From NCBI GenBank assembly GCA_963716255.1, contig OY970303.1, positions 7,328,001-7,392,000 of the forward strand: a stretch of DNA of 64,000 nt, in the 5' to 3' direction. Below are positions 1 through 7,891 of the stretch, piece by piece. The notes beneath the pieces were generated by a model. The model saw only the letters and a program-made list of their open reading frames with translations. It made no database searches and was not told where the DNA came from. The stretch's first letter is position 1, and every line of letters starts with the position of its first letter. Source of the DNA: an uncultured Gemmatimonadales bacterium (GTDB lineage: Bacteria; Gemmatimonadota; Gemmatimonadetes; Longimicrobiales; Longimicrobiaceae). The position numbers and the translations under genes were made by a program.

Positions 1-71
1 GCCGGGCCCGGCGGCGGCGAATGCCAGGAGGACGAGGGCGGGCCCTCGCGCGGATCGGATCGTCGGGAGGC

Positions 72-668
72 TCATACGACGATCACCTCCACGTCCTTGG
101 CCCCGGTCCCGCTGCCGGTCACTTTGACGCGGGTGGGTTCGGGGCCGTCAATCTGGACGAAGTCCACCGTGCCGCGAAAAGGCGTGCCGGAGTTGCTGAA
201 GAAGTCCAGTCCGACGCGGACCCGGCTGTTCACCGGCAGCCCTTCGATGAAGTATTCGTGGGGAGTGCCGCTTCCCTCGTCTATCTTGGCGGGGGGCTCC
301 CCCGGCGGGGTGGCCACCACGAAGTGCTCCACCTGGTGCGGTGACGTGCAGTCGATCTCGATCACCAGGGGGAGCGAGGGATCGTAAGGGACCTGTTTCA
401 TGTTGTCGTTTCCTTCGGCTCCTTCGGCAGCAGGTGAGACTCCCGCCAGCGAGAGCCGGTAGATGCCCGCGGGGGTCCGCTTCCCCGTGGCGGTGTCCTC
501 GGCGGTGACGTCCCCGACTCGCCGGTCGCCGGGCCTGCGGGGGAGCAGGATGACGTGTCCGTCGTGCCGGTGGGGCAGGGCCGAGTGGTGGGTCGCGACC
601 CCCGACGCGTGCCAGTGGTCGGGGTCCCGTGTGTTCTCGTCCAGTACGAGGGCAAAGCGAACTTCCAT
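72..668 (-). CDS. Hypothetical protein (198 aa from the ATG at 668; alternative 109-aa product from the in-frame ATG at 401)
   Basis: Open frame with GGAGG upstream of the ATG at 668 and GAAGGA upstream of the ATG at 401; ordinary protein-like composition; no family recognised. Confidence 0.6.
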   Translation of the reverse strand: MEVRFALVLDENTRDPDHWHASGVATHHSALPHRHDGHVILLPRRPGDRRVGDVTAEDTATGKRTPAGIYRLSLAGVSPAAEGAEGNDNMKQVPYDPSLPLVIEIDCTSPHQVEHFVVATPPGEPPAKIDEGSGTPHEYFIEGLPVNSRVRVGLDFFSNSGTPFRGTVDFVQIDGPEPTRVKVTGSGTGAKDVEVIVV

Positions 669-806
669 GGCGGACCTCCTGCGGTTGGGTGGGGAGCGTG
701 GTCCGGAGCGCGGCACCTTGCTTCGCTCCACGGACGCAGCGTACTATGCGGATCGGATCTCAACTCGCCTTCCCGCCGGCTCTCAACTTTTTCCCAACCG
801 GTTAAC

Positions 807-3347
807 GTGTTCTCGCTGAAGGTTTTAGGAGGCGCGTTGCTGGAGGGGGCGAACGGTCCCGTGCGTGGCCGGGCCGCTCATCGGCGGCGGATCGCGCTGC
901 TCGCCCTGCTCGCCTCCTCTCGCGGGCGTCCGGTGGCGCGCGAGCGGCTTATCGGGCTGCTGTGGCCCGAGCATCCGGGGGATGCCGCGCGCCACCTTCT
1001 TTCCGAGTCGCTGTACGTGCTCCGGAAGGCACTCGGTGACAAGGCGTTCGTGGCAGTGGGAGACGAAGTGGCGCTCGACCCGCGGGTGGTGGGGAGCGAC
1101 GCAGGCGAGTTCGAGGCGGCGGTGGACGCGGGAGATCCGGCGCGCGCGGTGGGACTATACCGCGGGCCGTTCCTGGACGGATTTTATCTGTCGGACGCGG
1201 ACGAATTCGAGCGCTGGGTGGAGGGCGAGCGGAGCCGCCTCGCCCGGGTGTACGCGCAGGCGCTGGAACGGCTCGCGGAGGCAGCGGAGGAGGGGTACGA
1301 ATTCCTGGAGGCGGCTGGCTGGTGGCGGCGGCTCATCGCGCACGACCCGTATAGCTCGCGCGTAGTGCTGCGCCTGATGCGGGCGCTCGAGTCCGGCGGC
1401 GAGCACGCAGCCGCTCTCTTCGCGGCCACGGAGCACGTGGAGTTTCTGCGCGAGGATCTTGGAGCGCAGCCGGATCCCGCGGTTCCAGCTTACGCCGAGC
1501 GGCTGCGAACGGCGCCTGCGCACGGCAGCATCCCGCTGCTCCCCGAGCTGCCGGCTCCCGCCCTCCCGGCTCCCGCACTCCCAGAGCGCGGGCCTGTTCC
1601 CGAATCGGAGGGCGGGGGCAGTCCGCCGCCGGTCCCCCCTCCGGCTCCGGTCGTGCCGGACGCCGCCCGTGGGCTGCCCGCGCGAGCCCGGCGCCTGGGC
1701 GTGCGCATTGGGGCCGCCGGTCTCCTGGGACTCGCGGCAACGCTGGCGGGGGTGGGTATCATGGCATTGCAGAGCAAGCCTCAGTCCGTTTCCGCGGCTC
1801 CAGGGCAGGACTTGGATCCGCACCACATCGCGGTCCTGTACTTCGAGGATAACACCCCGGGCGACACTCTCAGGCACATCGCAAACGACCTCACGGCCAG
1901 GATCATCGACGACCTCGCGCAGGTATCGTCTCTGCGCGTGGTTTCCATCAACGGTGTGCGTCCTTTCCGCGATACCGCCCTGCCGCTCGACAGCATCGCT
2001 CGGGCCCTCGGGGTGGGTACGGTGGTAGCGGGAGACGTACAGGGCTCCGGCGACCGGATCCGGGTGGTTGTTCGTCTCCTGGACCCGGTGAACGGCAGAC
2101 AGCTCGCGAGCCGCCCGGTGGTGCGCAAGGTCGGCGACCTCCTGGCGCTGGAGGACGAGGTGGTTCGCCAAGTCGCCGATTTCCTGCGGCCGCTGCTCGG
2201 ACGCGAGATCCGCCTGCGGGAAAGGTCTGCGGGAACGCGCAGCGCCGAAGCGAGGGAGCTTCTCCTGCGTGGGCAGCAGAGGTGGGAGGACGCTACCGGG
2301 CTGGCGACCGGGCCGAATCCGTTGAACCTGGACGCGGTTCGAGGCATGCTCGGGAGTGCCGATTCGCTCCTTGCCGAGGCGGCCAGAAGGGACCGGCGCT
2401 GGGGGGAGCCGCTGATCATGCGGGGCTGGGTGGCGCTGTCGTCGTACGACGTCACGCCCACCGGCGATCGTCCGGCTCTGTTCGTGGAAGCGGTGGAGCT
2501 GGCGGACCGCGCGCTCGCCCGCGAGCCGGAAAATGCCGCTGCGCTGGAGCTTCGCGGCACCGCGCGCTGGCGAATGGTCCAACTGGGGGCCGTGCCCGCC
2601 GGCGCCACGGAAAAGGCGCTTTCCGCGGCCGCAGAGGCGGATCTCAACGCCGCGCTCGCTCGCGATCCTTCGCTCGCGCATGCATGGGCCACGCTCAGCC
2701 AGCTCCTGCGGGTCCAGGAAGGTCGCCTTGCCGATGCCGACCAGGCCGCGAGACACGCGCTGGAGTCGGACGAATTCCTGGCAGACGCCCCGCTGATCAT
2801 GGAGCGTCTGTATCGCTCGTCGGTCCAGCTCGCGCGCTTCGACTCGGCGAGCGCGTGGTGCGACCGGGGCCGCCGCCGCTTTCCCAACGATTGGGCTTTC
2901 GTCGAGTGCCGGCTGACGCTGCTGGGGTACGAGGGATCCCGCCCCGACGTGCAGCTCGCGTGGGGGCTGGTCCGCGAGCTGGAACAGATGGACCCGCCCG
3001 ACGCCGCCCGACGCAAGGGCCGCGACTACACGCCCGTCTTCCGCCGCATGCTGGTCGCGCGTGTGGCGGCGCGCGCCGGGCTCGCGGACAGCGCCCGCGC
3101 GCTGGTCATGGCGGCGCGGGCACAGGTGCAGGGCGATCCGGTGCTGGAAAGCTCGCAGGCGGCCGACGAGGCGTACGTGCGTCTGCTCCTCGCGGAGCCG
3201 GACTCCGCGGTCGTCCTCCTCGAGCGCCACCTGGCAGTGCAGCCGCGCCTGCGCGCCCAGGTGGCCCGCAACGTCAAGTTCCGGTCGCTCCACTCCGATC
3301 CGCGGTTCCGGCGCCTCGTCGCCGGGGCGCCGGCGCGAGAGCGCTAG
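807..3347 (+). CDS. SARP-like wHTH/BTAD transcriptional regulator with Pro-rich linker, one TM helix, TolB-like domain and TPR-like C-terminus
   Basis: VFSLKVLGG...ALLALLA...RERLIGLLWPE...LYVLRKALG...LYRGPFLDGF...FERWVEGER is the BTAD signature; hydrophobic IGAAGLLGLAATLAGVGIMAL; IAVLYFE...LRVVS...VVAGDV is TolB-N-like; helical repeats follow. GTG at 807 chosen as the start of the homologous domain. Confidence 0.85.
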   Translation: MFSLKVLGGALLEGANGPVRGRAAHRRRIALLALLASSRGRPVARERLIGLLWPEHPGDAARHLLSESLYVLRKALGDKAFVAVGDEVALDPRVVGSDAGEFEAAVDAGDPARAVGLYRGPFLDGFYLSDADEFERWVEGERSRLARVYAQALERLAEAAEEGYEFLEAAGWWRRLIAHDPYSSRVVLRLMRALESGGEHAAALFAATEHVEFLREDLGAQPDPAVPAYAERLRTAPAHGSIPLLPELPAPALPAPALPERGPVPESEGGGSPPPVPPPAPVVPDAARGLPARARRLGVRIGAAGLLGLAATLAGVGIMALQSKPQSVSAAPGQDLDPHHIAVLYFEDNTPGDTLRHIANDLTARIIDDLAQVSSLRVVSINGVRPFRDTALPLDSIARALGVGTVVAGDVQGSGDRIRVVVRLLDPVNGRQLASRPVVRKVGDLLALEDEVVRQVADFLRPLLGREIRLRERSAGTRSAEARELLLRGQQRWEDATGLATGPNPLNLDAVRGMLGSADSLLAEAARRDRRWGEPLIMRGWVALSSYDVTPTGDRPALFVEAVELADRALAREPENAAALELRGTARWRMVQLGAVPAGATEKALSAAAEADLNAALARDPSLAHAWATLSQLLRVQEGRLADADQAARHALESDEFLADAPLIMERLYRSSVQLARFDSASAWCDRGRRRFPNDWAFVECRLTLLGYEGSRPDVQLAWGLVRELEQMDPPDAARRKGRDYTPVFRRMLVARVAARAGLADSARALVMAARAQVQGDPVLESSQAADEAYVRLLLAEPDSAVVLLERHLAVQPRLRAQVARNVKFRSLHSDPRFRRLVAGAPARER

Positions 3348-3952
3348 TCGATCGGGGCGAGCGGCTGGACGATTCCGTCCGGGGTTCTCTTTGCCGCGTA
3401 GACGTTGTACTCCGTGTCGTCCGAGTGCGCGAGCATGTACACGGTGTTCCCGAACCAGTCCTTGTTCACCCGTGCCGCATAGTCCACTCCCGACGAGCTC
3501 GTGTAGTACGGGAGCACGAACTTCTCCACGGACGGAGACCTCCAGAAGATCGCATCGAACTGCTCCACGTCCACGTACAGCACCTGGCCGTCCGTCGTCT
3601 CGACCGTGATGCTCTTGATCCTGACCGGGGGCGGCTTCTTGGCGGCCGCCATCTCGGACGCGGTCAACTCGTACGGTCCGAAGACTCCGAAGCCGGAACG
3701 GCCTTTCAGGGCTTTTTCCGCTTTTTCTCTGGTCGGGTGTGGTCCGTCGGGGTGGTACCGCAGGGTCTTCGGGTCTCGCTCGATGCGGGACACCCACCAC
3801 TGCTCACCCTTTACCGGGTGGCCCAGGGCCGCTTCGGACAGGCGCCTGAGGAGCCGGGGAGACATCGCCGGTTGCGGGGGGCAGTCGTACTCCTTGCCGC
3901 CGCCGGCTGCCGTGGTCGGGGGTTGCTGGGCCTGGGTCTTCGGCCTGGGCAT
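3344..3952 (-). CDS. Hypothetical protein (202 aa)
   Basis: AAGGAG upstream of the ATG at 3952; conserved-looking motifs FGVFGPY, DAIFWRSPSVEKFVLPYY, AHSDDTEY; stop overlaps the stop of the BTAD gene. Confidence 0.75.
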   Translation of the reverse strand: MPRPKTQAQQPPTTAAGGGKEYDCPPQPAMSPRLLRRLSEAALGHPVKGEQWWVSRIERDPKTLRYHPDGPHPTREKAEKALKGRSGFGVFGPYELTASEMAAAKKPPPVRIKSITVETTDGQVLYVDVEQFDAIFWRSPSVEKFVLPYYTSSSGVDYAARVNKDWFGNTVYMLAHSDDTEYNVYAAKRTPDGIVQPLAPID

Positions 3953-4320
3953 CGTGGTCTCCTTTGGGAGCGTGGACGCGGTGCGCGTCGCCGGCCGGCT
4001 CGTTCCAGCCGCAGCCGCACTCGCACCCCGATCATACGGCGGCCGGTTCAACCTGATATCCGTCTCCCCATCAACCTCCGGAGTCCGGGGTGATGCGTGG
4101 TCCACGGCGCAGCAGCCGCAAACGCGGGCAGGTCTCTTCACCGGTTGGAAGAGGCCCGGTCTTTCCGTTGCCGAGGCCGTGCCGGACGGGTCCGTGGGAG
4201 GCAGGGGAAGCCGCGCCCCGTGGTGAAACCTCCGCTGGTCACGTGTTTGCATAAGGGGCCCGCAGCCGGGCCGCGCGCCCGGCGCTCCCTGACCCTGGAC
4301 CCGACTTTCCGGAGGCGCGC

Positions 4321-5787
4321 TTGACCGGCACCGGCACCGCAAGGCACCCGACGGGGTTGCCCGGCCTGGACGAGGTACTGCACGGCGGTCTCATCCCGGA
4401 GCGCGCCTACCTCGTCCGGGGCGGCCCCGGCACGGGAAAGACCACGCTGGGCCTCCATTTCCTGGCCAGCGGCGCCACCCGGGGGGAGCAGGCCCTGCTC
4501 ATCACCCTGGAGTCCTCCGAGTCCCAGCTCCGGCGGGACGCCGCGTCGCAGGGGATCGACCTGGAGGGGATCCGCTTCCTGGACCTGAGCCCCACCCGCG
4601 AGTTCTTCGCGCAGAGCCAGAGCTACGACATCTTCTCCGCCGCGGACGTGGAGCGCGACCCCACCACGCAGCAGATCGTGCAGATCATCGGCGAGCTGCG
4701 GCCGCAGCGCGTGTTCGTGGACGCGGTGACCACGCTGCGCTACCTGGCGCCCGACGCCTTCCAGTTCCGCAAGCAGGCCCGCTCCTTCGTGCGCTACCTG
4801 GTGGAGAACGGCGCCACCGTGCTGATGAGCTCCGAGCCCACCGCGAGCCTCCCCGACGACGACCTGCGCTTCATGAGCGACGGGATCATCGACCTGGAGA
4901 TCTCGCCCGCCCACGGCGTGCTCCGCCGCACCCTGAGCGTCAGCAAGCTGCGCGGCTCCGACTTCCAGGGCGGGCCGCACTCCATGCGGCTCACCGGGCG
5001 CGGCATGGAAGTGTACCCGCGGCTGGTGCCGGGCGACCACAGGCACGAGTTCATCCCCGAGATGATCCCCTCCGGGATCCCCGAGTTCGACGAGATGCTG
5101 GGCGGGGGGATCGAGCGCGGGACCATCACCATCCTCAGCGGACCCAGCGGCGCCGGCAAGACCACGCTCGGCGTCCAGTTCATGAAGGAAGCCGCCGCGC
5201 GCGGGGAGCGCTCCGTGGTGTACGCCTTCGAGGAGCAGTTGGACACCCTCCTCCACCGCTGCGAGAACATCGGCGTTCCCCTCGGCGACATGGTGGAGGC
5301 CGGCTCGCTCTCGGTGGTGGAGGTGGAGGCGCTGCGCTTCTCCCCCGGCGAGTTCGCGCTCATGGTGCGGCGCGAGGTAGAGGAGCGCGGCGCGAAGATC
5401 GTGATGATCGACGGCATCGCCGGGTACCGGCTCACGCTCTCGGGGGACGACCTGGTGCAGCAGCTTCACGCCCTGGGCAGGTACCTCAAGAACATGGGCG
5501 TCACCGTGCTCCTGGTGAACGAGACCGAGGCCATCACCGGCGACTTCCGCGCCACCGAGGTGGGGCTCAGCTACCTGTGCGACAACCTGGTCTTCCTGCG
5601 CTACCTGGAGATGGACGGCGAGCTGCGCAAGGCGGTGGGCGTGCTCAAGAAGCGCATCGGCGACTTCGCGCGGACGCTGCGCGAGATCTCCATCACCTGC
5701 GACGGCGTCCGGGTGGGCGAGCCGCTCGCCGGACTGCGGGGGATCCTCACCGGCACCCCCGACTGGTCTCCCCCCCGCGGCGAATGA
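4321..5787 (+). CDS. KaiC/RAD55-like double-domain P-loop ATPase
   Basis: TGLPGLDEVLHGG...GGPGTGKT and SGIPEFDEMLGGG...GPSGAGKT, with SKLRGS and VLKKR motifs; GGAGG before the TTG start. Confidence 0.9.
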   Translation: MTGTGTARHPTGLPGLDEVLHGGLIPERAYLVRGGPGTGKTTLGLHFLASGATRGEQALLITLESSESQLRRDAASQGIDLEGIRFLDLSPTREFFAQSQSYDIFSAADVERDPTTQQIVQIIGELRPQRVFVDAVTTLRYLAPDAFQFRKQARSFVRYLVENGATVLMSSEPTASLPDDDLRFMSDGIIDLEISPAHGVLRRTLSVSKLRGSDFQGGPHSMRLTGRGMEVYPRLVPGDHRHEFIPEMIPSGIPEFDEMLGGGIERGTITILSGPSGAGKTTLGVQFMKEAAARGERSVVYAFEEQLDTLLHRCENIGVPLGDMVEAGSLSVVEVEALRFSPGEFALMVRREVEERGAKIVMIDGIAGYRLTLSGDDLVQQLHALGRYLKNMGVTVLLVNETEAITGDFRATEVGLSYLCDNLVFLRYLEMDGELRKAVGVLKKRIGDFARTLREISITCDGVRVGEPLAGLRGILTGTPDWSPPRGE

Positions 5788-7016
5788 GCGGCGCACCCGG
5801 GGCGGCGGCGCCCGCGCGCGAGCCGGACGCCGCCGGCGCGGTCCGGAGGAGCCGCGTCCTCCTCCTCCTGGACCAGCGGGAGAACCGCTCGCTGCTGGAG
5901 GCCGAGCTCGGCGACCGGCACGAAGTCGTCCCCGCAGCCGGGGACGACGCGCTGGACGGCGAGTTCGACCTGTGCGTGCTGGACGGGCGCTCGCTGGACC
6001 GGCTCTGGGAGCGGGTGCAGCGGCGCAAGGCGAGGGAGCAGCCCGTCTTCCTCCCCGTCCTGCTGGTGACCTCGCGGCCGGGGGTCAAGATGATTACCCG
6101 GCACGTCTGGCGGAGCGTGGACGAGCTGGTCGTGGCGCCGGTGGAAAAGGCCGAGCTGCGCGCGCGGCTGGAAGTCCTGCTCCGCGCCCGCTCGCTTTCC
6201 GTGGACCTGCTCCGCCGGGCCGAGGAGGCGCACACGCTCGCCGGGCGCCTGCGGGAAAAGTCCGCCGAGCTGGAGGTGGCCGCCGCGCGGCTCGCCGAGC
6301 GCACCGCCGCCGCCGAGGAGGCGAACCGCGCCAAGAGCCAGTTCCTGGCCACCATGAGCCACGAGCTGCGGACCCCGCTCAACGCCATCGGCGGCTACGC
6401 CGAGCTGATCGAGCTGGGGATCCACGGCCCCGTCAGCGACCTCCAGCGCGAGGACCTGGCGCGCATCAAGGCGGGGCAGCGGCACCTGCTGGGGCTGATC
6501 AACGAGGTGCTGAACTACGCCAAGCTGGAGGCCGGCACCGTCCAGTACCAGCTGGTGGACGCCCCGGTGGGCGAGGCCCTCACCTCCGCCGCGCCGCTGG
6601 TGGAGCCGCAGGCGCACGCCAAGGGGCTGCAGCTGGAGGTGGCCTGCGCCGCGGACGGAATGCGGGTGCGCGCCGACGTGGAGAAGCTGCGGCAGATCCT
6701 GGCGAACCTGCTTTCCAACGCGGTCAAGTTCACGCCCCCGGGCGGGCGGGTGCGCCTGTGGTGCGAGCCGTGCGGCCGCCACGCCTGCTTCCGGGTGAGC
6801 GACACCGGCATCGGCGTGCCGCGGGACCGGCTGGAGGCGATCTTCGAGCCGTTCGTGCAGATCCGCTCCGACCTCACGCGCACCGAGGAGGGGACCGGGC
6901 TGGGGCTCGCCATCAGCCGCTCCATCGCGGAGGCGATGAACGGGTCGCTCACCGCCGAGAGCGGGCCCGACGGGGGGAGCACCTTCACGCTGCGGCTGCC
7001 GCTCGTATCGGGGTAG
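5784..7016 (+). CDS. Histidine kinase with a degenerate N-terminal receiver-like domain
   Basis: ATGA overlap with the KaiC-like gene; H-box [14 protein letters not shown]-box NLLSNAVKFT, G-boxes DTGIG and GTGLGL. Confidence 0.9.
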   Translation: MSGAPGAAAPAREPDAAGAVRRSRVLLLLDQRENRSLLEAELGDRHEVVPAAGDDALDGEFDLCVLDGRSLDRLWERVQRRKAREQPVFLPVLLVTSRPGVKMITRHVWRSVDELVVAPVEKAELRARLEVLLRARSLSVDLLRRAEEAHTLAGRLREKSAELEVAAARLAERTAAAEEANRAKSQFLATMSHELRTPLNAIGGYAELIELGIHGPVSDLQREDLARIKAGQRHLLGLINEVLNYAKLEAGTVQYQLVDAPVGEALTSAAPLVEPQAHAKGLQLEVACAADGMRVRADVEKLRQILANLLSNAVKFTPPGGRVRLWCEPCGRHACFRVSDTGIGVPRDRLEAIFEPFVQIRSDLTRTEEGTGLGLAISRSIAEAMNGSLTAESGPDGGSTFTLRLPLVSG

Positions 7017-7029
7017 AAGGGCAGGGGGC

Positions 7030-7078
7030 GGGCGTGCCCCCGGCTGGCGCCGGGGTCGGGCTCCGCGCTGGCGTCCGC
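7030..7078 (+). repeat. Internally deleted copy of the structured intergenic repeat
   Basis: GGGCGTGCCCCCGGCTGGCGCCGGGGTCGGGCT is joined almost directly to the 3' flank GCGCTGGCGTCCGC seen after the full copies. Confidence 0.8.
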
Positions 7079-7093
7079 GAGGGTGGGCCCCCG

Positions 7094-7693
7094 TCAGGCG
7101 AGCTGCCGGACCATCCCGCGCACGGCGGCCAGGTACTCGTCCACGTCGAAGTGCTCCGGGTCCACCATGGCCTGCACCGCGCAGCCGTGGATCCAGCTCA
7201 CCGCCACGGCGGCCAGGCCGTCGGCCGTCACGCCGGCGAACGCCGCGGGCTCGGCGCGGAGAAGCTCCTCCATGATCGCCAGGAACGCCGCGCGGTAGCG
7301 CTCCAGCTCCGCGCCGATCCGGGCGCGGATCGTCTCGTGCCGCGCCCCGAGCGCCCAGAACTCGAAGAACAGCCGCACGTGCCGCGGCTGGTGCGACAGC
7401 CGGGCCATCTCCTGCTGGAGCAGCGCGTGCAGCCGGTCCAGCGCGCGCGGAAAGCGCGCGACGTCTTCCGACACGTGGAGCACCGAGGTGGTGGCGATCA
7501 GCCACTCGAGCAGCTCGTGCACCAGCAGCTCCTTGCGGCCGAAGTGGAACAGCACCAGGCCGTGGCTCAGCTCCGCCTCGGCGGCCACGGCCCGGATGGT
7601 CAGGCTGCCGATCCCCTCCCGCGACGCCACCTCGAACGCCGCCCGCAGGATCTGCTCGCGGCGCACCCCCTCCGAAGCCCGCTTCCCCGGCAT
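7094..7693 (-). CDS. TetR family regulator (BetI-like C-terminus)
   Basis: RREQILRAAFEV...LTIRAVAAEAELSHGLVLFHFGRKELL HTH; AGGAGG before the ATG at 7693. Confidence 0.9.
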   Translation of the reverse strand: MPGKRASEGVRREQILRAAFEVASREGIGSLTIRAVAAEAELSHGLVLFHFGRKELLVHELLEWLIATTSVLHVSEDVARFPRALDRLHALLQQEMARLSHQPRHVRLFFEFWALGARHETIRARIGAELERYRAAFLAIMEELLRAEPAAFAGVTADGLAAVAVSWIHGCAVQAMVDPEHFDVDEYLAAVRGMVRQLA

Positions 7694-7740
7694 GCCGTCT
7701 CCTCCTGATCCCTGGCTCAAGCCCGCTCGCCACACGGCGC

Positions 7741-7797
7741 AACCACGTATTGGTCAAGTGGATAATATAGCTTAACTTTTGTTTCCCATCTGGTCAA
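7741..7797 (-). promoter_or_regulatory. Putative sigma70 promoter of tetR with a possible operator
   Basis: Minus strand TTGACC (7797-7792), 17 bp, TAAGCT (7774-7769) in an AT-rich patch; imperfect palindrome ACCA-CGTAT-TGGT at ~7742-7754. Confidence 0.55.
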
Positions 7798-7891
7798 CAT
7801 CTTGCAATCTCCTGTTTGGACCGCGCGGTGCCGGCAGGGCGGCGCGGGCTCCACTCTCCCTGACAGGAGGCCCCTTCATGGCCGGGCAGCG

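Noticed and set aside
4321..5787. Circadian clock (kaiABC)
   Set aside because: No kaiA or kaiB, and no canonical S-T phosphosite pair.
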